From the NCBI RefSeq assembly GCF_044704955.1, contig NC_091999.1, positions 44,702,001 through 44,766,000 on the forward strand: a DNA stretch of 64,000 nucleotides. Reading direction: 5' to 3'. Position 1 is the first letter of the stretch. Each line of letters opens with the position of its first letter. The notes under the pieces are model-generated. The model searched no databases and was not told the DNA's origin. It worked only from the letters and a program-made list of their open reading frames with translations. Below are positions 40,526 through 51,724 of this stretch, piece after piece. The DNA comes from Pristiophorus japonicus. Its lineage: Eukaryota. Position numbers and translations under genes: made by a program.

Positions 40526-41160
40526 GTCGGCGAGAGGCCTATAAAGGCCAGCGGGAGTCGGGCAATTCGAGCAGTCAGTCGAGGAGGCGGGAGCTCGGAG
40601 CAGCGTGAGTCCGGGGTCGGCGAGAGGCCTATAAAGGCCAGCGGGAGTCGGGCAGTTCGAGCAGTCAGTCGAGGAGGCGGGAGCTCGGAGCAGCGTGAGT
40701 CCGGGGTCGGCGAGAGGCCTATAAAGGCCAGCGGGAGTCGAGCAGTTCGAGCAGTCAGTCGAGGAGGCGGGAGCTCGGAGCAGCGCGAGTCCGGGGTCGG
40801 TGAGAGGCCTATACAGGCCAGCGGGAGTCGAGCAGTTCGAGCAGTCAGTCGAGGAGGCGGGAGCTCGGAGCAGCGCGAGTCCGGGGTCGGTGAGAGGCCT
40901 ATAAAGGCCAGCGGGAGTCGGGCAGTTCGAGCAGTCAGTCGAGGAGGCGGGAGCTCGGAGCAGCGCGAGTCCGGGGTCAGCGAGAGGCCTATAAAGGCCA
41001 GCGGGAGTCGAGCAGTCAGTCGAGGAGGCGGGAGCTCGGAGCAGCGCGAGTCCGGGGTCGGTGAGAGGCCTATAAAGGCCAGCGGGAGTCGAGCAGTTCG
41101 AGCAGTCAGTCGAGGAGGCGGGAGCTCGGAGCAGCGCGAGTCCGGGGTCGGCGAGAGGCG
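40526..41160 (+). repeat. 90-bp 5'UTR monomers (7 copies, one an 81-bp variant); ~145 bp of inverted monomer at 40382-40526
   Basis: YGAGAGGC at 40531, 40621, 40711, 40801, 40891, 40981, 41062, 41152. Confidence 0.95.
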
Positions 41161-41199
41161 TACCGGTGCAGCTACAGGGAGAAGGCAAAAAAACAAAGG

Positions 41200-41246
41200 T
41201 GACGTCACAGCCTAGGGGGTAAGTGATTGGCTGGTGATTGGTGAGT
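41200..41246 (+). promoter_or_regulatory. CRE (TGACGTCA) plus two inverted CCAAT boxes in the CR1 5'UTR
   Basis: TGACGTCA 41200-41207; GATTGG at 41225 and 41236; CRE conserved in the older copy at 40273-40280. Confidence 0.55.
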
Positions 41247-41326
41247 AGTTTTTCTTTTTCTTCTTATATTGGTCAGTAACTTTTAACATTGTTATTACCA
41301 GTTTAAGTGTATCTAAGGGTTAAGAC

Positions 41327-42274
41327 ATGGCAGGAGAGCTCGGTCGGGTGTTATGCTCCTCCTGTACCATGTGGGAACTCAGGGACGCTTCCGGTGTCCC
41401 TGACGACTATGTGTGCGGGAAGTGTATCCGCCTCCAGCTCCTGACGGACCGCGTTACGGAATTGGAGCTGAGGGTGGATTTACTCTGGAGCATCCACGAT
41501 GCTGAGAATGACGTGAGTATCACGTGTAGTGAGTTGGTCTTACCGCAGGGAAAGGGTCCACAGCCAGATAGGGAATGGAAGACCAGCAGGAAGAGTAGAG
41601 CAAGGAAGGTAGTGCAGGGGTCCCCTGCGGTCATCCCCCTGCAAAACAGATACACCGCTTTGGGTACTGTTGAGGGGAATGACTCATCAGGGGAGGGCAG
41701 CAGCAGCCAAGTTCATGGCACCGTGGCTGGCTCTGCTGCACAGGAGGGCAAGAAAAAGAGTGGGAGAGCGATAGTGATAGGGGATTCAATTGTGAGGGGA
41801 ATAGATAGGCGTTTCTGCGGCCGCAACCGAGACTCCAGGATGGTATGTTGCCTCCCTGGTGCAAGGGTCAAGGATGTCTCGGAGCGGGTGCAGGACATTC
41901 TGAAATGGGAGGGAGAACAGCCAGTTGTCGTGGTGCACATTGGTACCAACGACATAGGCAAAAAAAGGGATGAGGTCCTACGAAACGGATTTAAGGAGCT
42001 AGGAGCTAAATTAAAAAGTAGGACCTCAAAAGTAGTAATCTCGGGATTGCTACCAGTGCCACGTGATAGTCAGAGTAGGAATCGCAGGATAGCGCAGATG
42101 AATACGTGGCTTGAGCAGTGGTGCAGCAGGGAGGGATTCAAATTCCTGGGGCATTGGGACCGGTTCTGGGGGAGGTGGGACCAGTACAAACCGGACGGTC
42201 TGCACCTGGGCAGGACTGGAACCAATGTCCTAGGGGGAGTGTTTGCTAGTGCTGTTGGGGAGGATTTAAACTAA
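41327..42274 (+). CDS. CR1 ORF1p: zinc-finger/leucine-zipper + SGNH esterase
   Basis: CxxC...CxxC (CSSC, CGKC); GDSIVRG, LPGA, HIGTND, DGLHL. Confidence 0.95.
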   Translation: MAGELGRVLCSSCTMWELRDASGVPDDYVCGKCIRLQLLTDRVTELELRVDLLWSIHDAENDVSITCSELVLPQGKGPQPDREWKTSRKSRARKVVQGSPAVIPLQNRYTALGTVEGNDSSGEGSSSQVHGTVAGSAAQEGKKKSGRAIVIGDSIVRGIDRRFCGRNRDSRMVCCLPGARVKDVSERVQDILKWEGEQPVVVVHIGTNDIGKKRDEVLRNGFKELGAKLKSRTSKVVISGLLPVPRDSQSRNRRIAQMNTWLEQWCSREGFKFLGHWDRFWGRWDQYKPDGLHLGRTGTNVLGGVFASAVGEDLN

Positions 42275-42351
42275 TATGGCAGGGGGATGGGAACCAATGC
42301 AGGGAGACAGAGGGAAACAAAAAGGAGCCAAAAGCAAAAGACAGAAAGGAG

Positions 42352-45258
42352 ATGAGGAAAAGTGTAGGGCAGAGAAACCCAAGGCAAAGAACAAAAAGGG
42401 CCACTGTACAGCAAAATTCTAAAAGGACAAAGGGTGTTAATAAAACAAGCCTGAAGGCTTTGTGTCTTAATGCAAGGAGTATCCGCAATAAGGTGGATGA
42501 ATTAATTGTGCAAATAGATGTTAACAAATATGATGTGATTGGGATTACGGAGACGTGGCTCCAGGATGATCAGGGCTGGGAACTCAACATTCAGGGGTAT
42601 TCAACATTCAGGAAGGATAGAATAAAAGGAAAAGGAGGTGGGGTAGCATTGCTGGTTAAAGAGGAGATTAATGCAATAGTTAGGAAAGACATTAGCTTGG
42701 ATGATGTGGAATCTATATGGGTAGAGCTGCAGAACACCAAAGGGCAAAAAACGTTAGTAGGAGTTGTGTACAGACCTCCAAACAGTAATAGGGATGTTGG
42801 GGAGGGCATCAAACAGGAAATTAGGGGTGCATGCAATAAAGGTGTAGCAGTTATAATGGGTGACTTTAATATGCACATAGATTGGGCTAGCCAAACTGGA
42901 AGCAATACGGTGGAGGAGGATTTCCTGGAGTGCATAAGGGATGGTTTTCTAGACCAATATGTTGAGGAACCAACTAGGGGGGAGGACATCTTAGACTGGG
43001 TGTTGTGTAATGAGAGAGGATTAATTAGCAATCTCATTGTGCGAGGCCCCTTGGGGAAGAGTGACCATAATATGGTGGAATTCTGCATTAGGATGGAGAA
43101 TGAAACAGTAATTTCAGAGACCATGGTCCAGAACTTAAAGAAGGGTAACTTTGAAGGTATGAGGCGTGAATTGGCTAGGATAGATTGGCGAATGATACTT
43201 AGGGGGTTGACTGTGGATGGGCAATGGCAGACATTTAGAGACCGCATGGATGAAGTACAACAATTGTACATTCCTGTCTGGCGTAAAAATAAAAAGGGGA
43301 AGGTGGCTCAACCGTGGCTATCTAGGGAAATCAGGGATAGTATTAAAGCCAAGGAAGTGGCATACAAATTGGCCAGAAATAGCAGCACACCTGGGGACTG
43401 GGAAATATTTAGAACTCAGCAGAGGAGGACAAAGGGTTTGATTAGGACAGGGAAAATGGAGTACGAGAAGAAGCTTGCAGGGAACATTAAGGCGGATTGC
43501 AAAAGTTTCTATAGGTATGTAAAGAGAAAAAGGTTGGTGAAGACAAACGTAGGTCCACTGCAGTCAGAATCAGGGGAAGTCATAACGGGGAACAAAGAAA
43601 TGGCGGATCAATTGAACAAGTACTTTGGTTCGGTATTCACTAAGGAGGATACAAACAACCTTCCGGATATAAAAGGGGTCAGAGGGTCTAGTAAGGAAGA
43701 GGAACTGAGGGAAATCTTTATTAGTCGGGAAATTGTGTTGGGGAAATTGATGGGATTGAAGGCAGATAAATCCCCAGGGCCTGATGGCCTGCATCCTAGA
43801 GTACTTAAGGAGGTGGCCTTGGAAATAGCGGATGCATTGACAGTCATTTTCCAACATTCCATTGACTCTGGATCAGTTCCTATGGAGTGGAGGGTAGCCA
43901 ATGTAACCCCACTTTTTAAAAAAGGAGGGAGAGAGAAAACAGGGAATTATAGACCGGTCAGCCTGACCTCAGTAGTGGGTAAAATGATGGAATCAATTAT
44001 TAAGGATGTCATAGCAGTGCATCTGGAAAATGGTGACATGATAGGTCCAAGTCAGCATGGATTTGTGAAAGGGAAATCATGCTTGACAAATCTTCTGGAA
44101 TTTTTTGAGGATGTTTCCAGTAAAGTGGACAAAGGAGAACCAGTTGATGTGGTATATTTGGACTTTCAGAAGGCTTTCGACAAGGTCCCACACAAGAGAT
44201 TAATGTGCAAAGTTAAAGCACATGGGATTGGGGGTAGTGTGCTGACGTGGATTGAGAACTGGTTGTCAGTCAGGAAGCAAAGAGTAGGAGTAAACGGGTA
44301 CTTTTCAGAATGGCAGGCAGTGACTAGTGGAGTGCCGCAAGGTTCTGTGCTGGGGCCCCAGCTGTTTACATTGTACATTAATGATTTAGACGATGGGATT
44401 AAATGCAGTATCTCCAAATTTGCGGATGATACTAAGTTGGGTGGCAGTGTGAGCTGCGAGGAGGATGCTATTCGGCTGCAGAGTGACTTGGATAGGTTAG
44501 GTGAGTGGGCAAATGCATGGCAGATGAAGTATAATGTGGATAAATGTGAGGTTATCCACTTTGGTGGTAAAAACAGAGAGACAGACTATTATCTGAATGG
44601 TGACAGATTAGGAAAAGGGAAGGTGCAACGAGACCTGGGTGTCATGGTACATCAGTCATTGAAGGTTGGCATGCAGGTACAGCAGGCGGTTAAGAAAGCA
44701 AATGGCATGTTGGCCTTCATAGCGAGGGGATTTGAATACAGGGGCAGGGAGGTGTTGCTACAGTTGTACAGGGCCTTGGTGAGGCCACACCTGGAGTATT
44801 GTGTACAGTTTTGGTCTCCTAACTTGAGGAAGGACATTCTTGCTATTGAGGGAGTGCAGCGAAGGTTCACCAGACTGATTCCCGGGATGGCGGGACTGAC
44901 CTATCAAGAAAGATTGGATCAATTGGGCTTGTATTCACTGGAGTTCAGAAGAATGAGAGGGGACCTCATAGAAACGTTTAAAATTCTGACGGGTTTAGAC
45001 AGGTTAGATGCAGAAAGAATGTTCCCAATGTTGGGGAAGTCCAGAACCAGGGGTCACAGTCTGAGGATAAGGGGTAAGCCATTTAGGACCGAGATGAGGA
45101 GAAACTTCTTCACCCAGAGAGTGGTGAACCTGTGGAATTCTCTACCACAGAAAGTAGTTGAGGCCAATTCACTAAATATATTCAAAAGGGAGTTAGATGA
45201 AGTCCTTACTACTCGGGGGATCAAGGGTTATGGCGAGAAAGCAGGAAGCGGGTACTGA
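42352..45258 (+). CDS. CR1 ORF2p: AP endonuclease + reverse transcriptase
   Basis: 968 aa open; LNARS, ITETW, VYRPP, GDFN, SDH; NYRPVSLTS, GVPQGSVLGP, FADD. Confidence 0.97.
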   Translation: MRKSVGQRNPRQRTKRATVQQNSKRTKGVNKTSLKALCLNARSIRNKVDELIVQIDVNKYDVIGITETWLQDDQGWELNIQGYSTFRKDRIKGKGGGVALLVKEEINAIVRKDISLDDVESIWVELQNTKGQKTLVGVVYRPPNSNRDVGEGIKQEIRGACNKGVAVIMGDFNMHIDWASQTGSNTVEEDFLECIRDGFLDQYVEEPTRGEDILDWVLCNERGLISNLIVRGPLGKSDHNMVEFCIRMENETVISETMVQNLKKGNFEGMRRELARIDWRMILRGLTVDGQWQTFRDRMDEVQQLYIPVWRKNKKGKVAQPWLSREIRDSIKAKEVAYKLARNSSTPGDWEIFRTQQRRTKGLIRTGKMEYEKKLAGNIKADCKSFYRYVKRKRLVKTNVGPLQSESGEVITGNKEMADQLNKYFGSVFTKEDTNNLPDIKGVRGSSKEEELREIFISREIVLGKLMGLKADKSPGPDGLHPRVLKEVALEIADALTVIFQHSIDSGSVPMEWRVANVTPLFKKGGREKTGNYRPVSLTSVVGKMMESIIKDVIAVHLENGDMIGPSQHGFVKGKSCLTNLLEFFEDVSSKVDKGEPVDVVYLDFQKAFDKVPHKRLMCKVKAHGIGGSVLTWIENWLSVRKQRVGVNGYFSEWQAVTSGVPQGSVLGPQLFTLYINDLDDGIKCSISKFADDTKLGGSVSCEEDAIRLQSDLDRLGEWANAWQMKYNVDKCEVIHFGGKNRETDYYLNGDRLGKGKVQRDLGVMVHQSLKVGMQVQQAVKKANGMLAFIARGFEYRGREVLLQLYRALVRPHLEYCVQFWSPNLRKDILAIEGVQRRFTRLIPGMAGLTYQERLDQLGLYSLEFRRMRGDLIETFKILTGLDRLDAERMFPMLGKSRTRGHSLRIRGKPFRTEMRRNFFTQRVVNLWNSLPQKVVEANSLNIFKRELDEVLTTRGIKGYGEKAGSGY

Positions 45259-48200
45259 AGTTTCATGTTCAGCCATGAACTCATTGAATGGCGGTGCAGG
45301 CTAGAGGGGCTGAATGGCCTGCTCCTGCACCTATTTTCTATGTTTCTATGTTTCTATGTTTCTAATTCATGGCAGGAGAGCTCGCTGGGGTGTAATGCTC
45401 CTGCTGTACCGTGTGGGAACTCGGGGACACTTCCGGTGTCCCTGACGACTATGTGTGTGGGAAGTGTATCCGCCTCCAACTCCTGAAGGACCGCGTTGCG
45501 GAATTGGAGCTGAGGGTGCATTCACTCTGGAGCATCCGCGATGCTGAGAATGACGTGAGTATCACGTGTAGCGAGTTGATCGTACCGCAGGAGAAGAGTC
45601 CACAGCCAGATAGGGAATGGAAGACCAGCAGGAAGAGTAGTGCAAGGAAGGTAGTGCAGGGGTCCCCTGTGGTCATCCCCCCTGCAAAACAGATATACTG
45701 CTTTGAGTTCTGTTGGGGGGGATGACTCATCAGGCGTGGGCAGCAGCAGCCAAGTTCATGACACCGTGGCTGGCTCTGTTGCACAGGAGAGCACGAAAAA
45801 GAGTGGGAGAGCGATAGTGATAGCGGATTCAATTGTGAGGGGAATAGATAGGCGTTTCTGCGGCCGCAACCGAGATTCCAGGATGGTATGTTGCCTCCCT
45901 GGTGCAAGGGACAAAGATGTCTTGGAGCGGGTGCAGGACATTCTAAAAAGGGAGGGAGAACAGCCAGTTGTCGTGGTGCACATTGGTACCAACGACATAG
46001 GAAAAAAAAGGGATGAGATCCTACGAAACGAATTTAATGAGCTAGGAGCTAAATTAAAAAGTAGGACCTTAAAAGTAGTAATCTCGGGATGCTAGCAGTG
46101 CCACGTGCTAATCAGAGAAGGAATCGTAGGATAGCGCAGATGAATACGTGGCTTGAGCAGAGGTGCAGCAGTGAGGGATTCAAATTCCTGGGGCATTGGA
46201 ACCGGTTCTGGGGAAGGTGGGGCCAGGACAAACTGGACGGTCTGCACGTGGGCAGGACCGGAACCAATGTCCTCGGGGGAGTGTTCGCTAGTGCTGTTGG
46301 GGAGGAGTTAAACTAATATGGCACGGGGATGGGAACCAATGCAGGGAGACAGAGGGAAACAAAAAGGAGGCAAAAGCAAAAGACAGAAAGGAGATGAGGA
46401 AAAGTGGAGGGCAGAGAAACCCAAGGCAAAAAACAAAAAGGGCTACTGTACAGCAAAATTCTAAAAGGACAAAGGGTGTTAAGAAAACAAGCCTGAAGGC
46501 TTTGTGTCTTAATGCAAGGAGTATCCGCAATAAGGAGGACTAATTAACTGCGCAAAAAGATGTTAACAAATATGGTGCGATTGGGATTACGGAGACGTGG
46601 CACCAGGATGATCAGGGCTGGGAACTCAACATCCAGGGGTATTCAACATTCAGGAAGGATAGAATAAAAGGAAAAGGAGGTGGAGTAGCATTGCTGGTTA
46701 AAGAGGAGATTAATGCAATTGTTCGGAAAGACATTAGCTTGGATGATGTGGAATCTATAAGGTAGAGCTGCAGAACACCAAAGGGAAAAACACGTCAGTG
46801 GGAGTTGTGTACAGACCTCCAAACAGTAGTCGGGGAGTGCATCAAACAGGAAATTAGGGGTGCATGCAATAAAGGTGCAGCAGTTATAATGGGTGACTTT
46901 AATATGAACATAGATTGAGCTAGCCAAACTAGAAGCAATACGGTGGAGGAGGATTTCCTGGAGTGGAGAAGGAATGGTTTTCTAGACCAATATGTCTAGG
47001 AACTAACTAGGGGGGAGACCATCTTCGACTGGGTGTTGTGTAATGAGAGAGGATTAATTAGCAATCTCATTGTGCGAGGCCCCTTGGGGAAGAGTGACCA
47101 TAATATGGTGAAATTCTGCATTAGGATGGAGAATGAAACAGTTACTTCAGAGACCATGCTCCAGCACTTAAAGAAGGGTAACTTTGAAGGGATGAGGTGT
47201 GAATTGGCTAGGATAGATTGGCGAATGATACTTAAGGGGTTGACTGTGGATGGGCAATGGCAGACATTTAGAGACCGCATGGATGAACTACATCAATTGT
47301 ACATTCCTGTCTGGCATAAAAATAAAAAAGGGAAGGTGGCTCAACCGTGGCTATCAAGGGAAATCAGGGACAGTATTAAAGCCAAGGAAGTGGCATACAA
47401 ATTGGCCAGAAATAGCAGCGAACCCGGGGACTAGGAGAAATTTAAAACTCAGCAGAGGAGGAGAAACGACTTTATTAGGGCAGGGCAAATGGAGTACGAG
47501 AAGAAGCTTGCAGGGAACATTAAGGCAGATTGCAAAAGTTTCTATAGATATGTAAAGAGAAAAAGGTTAGTAATGACAAACGTAGATCCCCTCCAGTCAG
47601 AATCAGGGGATGTCATAACCGGGATCAAAGAAATGGCAGACCAATTAAACAGGTACTTTGTTTCGGTATTCACTAAGGAGGATACAAACAACTTTCCGGA
47701 TATAAAAGGGGTCAGAGGGTCTAGTAAGGAGGAGGAACTGAGAGAAATCTTTATTAGTTGGGAAATTATGTTGGGGAAATTGATGGGATTGAAGGCCGAT
47801 AAATCCCCAGGGCCTGATGGACTGCATGCCAGAGTACTTAAGGAGGTGGCCTTGGAAATAGCGGATGCATGACAGTCATTTTCCAACATTCCATTGACTC
47901 TGGATTAGTTCCTTTCGAGTGGAGGGTAAACAATGTAACCCCACTTTTTTTAAAAAAGGAGGGAGAGAGAAAACAGGGAATTATAGACCGGTCAGCCTGA
48001 CCTCAGTAGTGGGTAAAATGATGGAATCAATTATTAAGGATGTCATAGCAGGGCATTTGGAAAGAGGTGACATGATAGGTCCAAGTCAGCATGGATTTGT
48101 GAAAGGGAAATCATGATTGACAAATCTTATGGAATTTTTTGAGGATGTTTCCAGTAAAGTGGACAAGGGAGAACCAGTTGATGTGGTATATTTGGACTTT

Positions 48201-49874
48201 CAGAAGGCTTTCGACAAGGTCCGACACAAGAGATTATTGTGCAAAGTTAAAGCACATGGGATTGGGGGTAGTGTGCTGACGTGGATTGAGAACTGGTTGT
48301 CCGACAGGAAGCAAAGAGTAGGAGTAAATGGGTACTTTTCAGAATGGCAGGCAGTGACTAGTGGGGTACCGCAAGGTTATATGCTGGGGCCCCAGCTGTC
48401 TACACTGTACATTAATGATTTAGACGAGGGGATTAAATGTAGTATCTCCAAATTTGTGGATGACACTAAGTTGGGTGGCAGTGTGAGCTGCTAGTAGGAT
48501 GCTATGAGGCTGCAGAGTGACTTGGATAGGTTAGGTGAGTGGGCAAATGCATGGCAGATGAAGTATAATGTGGATAAATGTGAGGTTATCCACTTTGGTG
48601 GCAAAAACAGAGAGACAGACTATTATCTGAATGGTGACAGATTAGGAAAAGGGGAGGTGCAACGAGACCTGGGTGTCATGGTACATCGGTCATTGAAGGT
48701 TGGCATGCAGTACATAAGGCGGTTAAGAAAGCAAATGGCATGTTGGCCTTCATAGCGAAGGGAATTGAGTCCAGGGGCAGGGAGGTGTTGCTACAGTTGT
48801 ACTGGGCCTTGGTAAGGCCACACCTGGAGTATTGTGTACAGTTTTGGTCTCCTAACTTGAGGGACATTCTTGCTATTGAGGGAGTGCAGCGAAGGTTCAC
48901 CAAACTGATTCCAGGGATGGTGGGACTGATCTACCAAGAAAGACTGGATCAACTGGGCTTGTATTCACTGGAATTCACAAGAATGAGAGGGGACCTCATA
49001 GAAACGTTTAGAATTCTGACGGGTCTCTACAGATTAGATGCAGGAAGAATGTTCCCAATGTTGGAGAAGTCCAGAACCAGGGGTCACAGTCTAAGAATAA
49101 GGGGTAAGCCATTTAGGACTGAGATGAGGAGAAACGTATTCACCCAGAGAGTGGTGAACCTGTGGAATTCTCTACCACAGAAAGTTGTTGAGGCCAATTC
49201 ACTAAATATATTCAAAAGGGAGTTAGATGGAGTCCTTCCTACTAGGGTGATCAAGGGGAATGGCGAGAAAGCAGGAATGGCGTACTGAAGTTGCATGTTC
49301 AGCCATGAACTCATTGAATGGTGGTGCAGGCTAGAAGGCCTGAATGGGCTACTCCTGCACCTGTTTTCTATGTTTCTATGTTTATATCCAACCTGTTCGC
49401 AACATACTCAACGAACGCCAGAAAATTTGTCAAACACGACTTCCCCTTCATAAATCCATGCTGACTCTGCCTCACCGAATTTTGTTTTTCCAAATGTACT
49501 GCTACTGCTTCTTATTTAATGAACTACGACATTTCCCAACCAATATTAGACCCAAGCATGAGGGACATCAGTTAATGTGCAGAGACTGCAAAATATGGGA
49601 TTGTTCTCCTTGGAGGAGCGAAGTCTAAGCAGAGATTTGATAGAGCTGTTTAAAATCCTCAACGGTTTAGATAGAGTAAATAAATATAAACTGTTTCAGA
49701 TGTATGGTGATTAACAAAAGAACCAGAGGCGATATTTGGACGAAGTTTTCTATGCAACCACTGGTTAGGATTTGTATTGTACTGCCTGATAGGGTGGTAG
49801 ATACAGACTCAATCGTTTCCTTCAAAAAGAAATTGTACAAATACTTGAAGGAGGAAAAAAGCAAGGGATATAGG

Positions 49875-51419
49875 GAACATGTCGCCAAGAAACTTACAAA
49901 CTCGAATTTTGCTGTGCAACTCGAGGTGTCCACTGACATTAGTGATAAATGTTAGCATTTGCTCGCTTCATTCATGAAAACGAGATATTTAACCGATTTC
50001 TGTGCTGAATAGAATTCCCGGAAAATACTAGAGGTGAAGACATATTTGATTCCGTGAATTCTTATTTGGAAGACTTGAACATTTCATGGGACTCATGTAT
50101 TGAAATCTGCATGGACGGTGTTCAGTCTATGGTGGGATTTGTCAAAGGATTCATTATGCTTGCAAAAAAACATAATTCAAATATATTATTCACCCAATGC
50201 TTTTTGCATAGAGAAGCACTTGTTACAAAGACATTACTGCTAGAATTAAAATCTGTGTTCGGTCAAGTTGTTAATATCATAAATTATATGAAATCAAGTC
50301 CTTTAAAAACTTGCATGTTTAAACAGCTCTGCAAAGTGATGGATGCAGAGCACGAATGTTTACTTTTGCACACAGAGGTAAGATGGCTTTCAAGGGGAAA
50401 AGTCTTATGTCGTGTATTTGAACTTAAAGAATAATTGTCAGTACTTTTTGAAAAAGAAGGAAATGATACATTTTGCAAATACCTTAAGAGTGAAATGTGG
50501 TGTGCTAAGTTGGCATATTTGGCAGCTATAGTTAATTGTGCAAAAGCGTTAATACCAGTATGCAAGGGCGAAATGAAAACATTCTCACCTCTACAGACAA
50601 GCTATTAGCTTTTCAGAAAAACATTTCTACCTAGAAAAAGATAGCAACAGAAACAAAATCTTGAAATGTTCCCTTTGATACCAAATCACAGTGTTAAAAA
50701 GGTTGCACCTATTGTGATAGAGCATTTGGCATCACTGGAAGACAACATCAAAAAATATTTTCCATCTTTGGATGTAGAGAATATGATTGGGTGAGAAATC
50801 CATTTTCTCCAACTAGCACGTCAGATTTTGATTTTACATTGCAAGAAGAAGAAAAATTGACTTCCATTTCGACAGACCACAGCCTTAAAATGAAACCTTC
50901 AGATATGTCTCTTGATGCATTCTGGATTTCTATTAAAGAAGAATATCCTGCAATATTAAAAAAAGCTTTGATAATTCTGATGCAGTTTTCAACATCTCTG
51001 CGAATTAGGATTCTCAACTCTTACGAATATCAAATGAAAAAAAAGGGAAAAACTTAGCGAACTTGAACACGAAATGAGAGAGGCCTTATCGGTTATACGC
51101 CGTAATATTAGTGACATTTCCAAAAAAACGTCAGGCACAAGTAACATATCAAAATACTAATTAATCTATAATTAACGTGAGGAATTATTATTATAGTTTA
51201 TTATTTTATTGTTACATTCAGAATAAAAAATAATTAATAACATACATGTGTACAATGATGTATATCTTCATATACTGTGATTAATAAAATGTTTTTGAAA
51301 TTTTCTGAAACTTGCTTATTTTAACCTTTGTGTTCACATTTTAAGCCCTTCAAAGTGTGCCACCAAAAATTCTAGTATACAAAAGTGTGTCGCTAACACA
51401 AAAAGGTGGAGAACCACTG
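49875..51419 (+). mobile_element. 3' half of a Buster/Charlie-type hAT transposon (defective transposase), right TIR
   Basis: CFLHREAL, HTEVRWLSRGKVL, WVRNPF motifs; ends GGTGGAGAACCACTG followed by GTTTAGAT (51420-51427). Confidence 0.92.
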
Positions 51420-51724
51420 GTTTAGATAGAGTAAATAACTAGAAATGGATTCAGATGTAAGGTGATTGACCAAAGAACTAGAGGCGATATTTGGACGAAA
51501 CGTTCTATGCAACCACTGGTTAGGATTTGGGTTGTACTGCCTGATAGGGTGGTAGCTATAGATTCAATAGTTGCCCTGAAAAGGAAAGTGTACAAATATT
51601 GAAGGAGGAAAAAATGCAGGGATATAGGGAAAGTGCGCGGGAGTGGGGCTAACGGGATTGCTCTTCGAAAGAGCCGGCGCAGACTCTATGGGCTGAATTT
51701 TCACTGTCTGTGCCATACTAATCT

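Larger units (their letters stand above)
40382..45364 (+). mobile_element. Intact full-length CR1 LINE with inverted 5' end
   Basis: Monomer array, unique 5'UTR, two open ORFs, 3'UTR and (TTTCTATG)n tail. Confidence 0.96.
39652..49384 (+). mobile_element. Decayed full-length CR1 (5'UTR 39652-40386; ORF1 45369-46316 and ORF2 ~46394-49288 disrupted; tail to 49384), interrupted by an intact CR1
   Basis: Collinear with the intact element but with stops and frameshifts; TATCC at 39647-39651 and 49385-49389 is a candidate TSD. Confidence 0.92.

Noticed and set aside
39652-41160. CRISPR-like array
   Set aside because: Contiguous tandem monomers with no unique spacers, in eukaryotic LINE context.
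40357-41208. 283-aa and 264-aa antisense repetitive ORFs as an ORF0-like gene
   Set aside because: Explained by stop-free GC-rich 90/81-bp monomers open in several frames; they run across the inversion junction.
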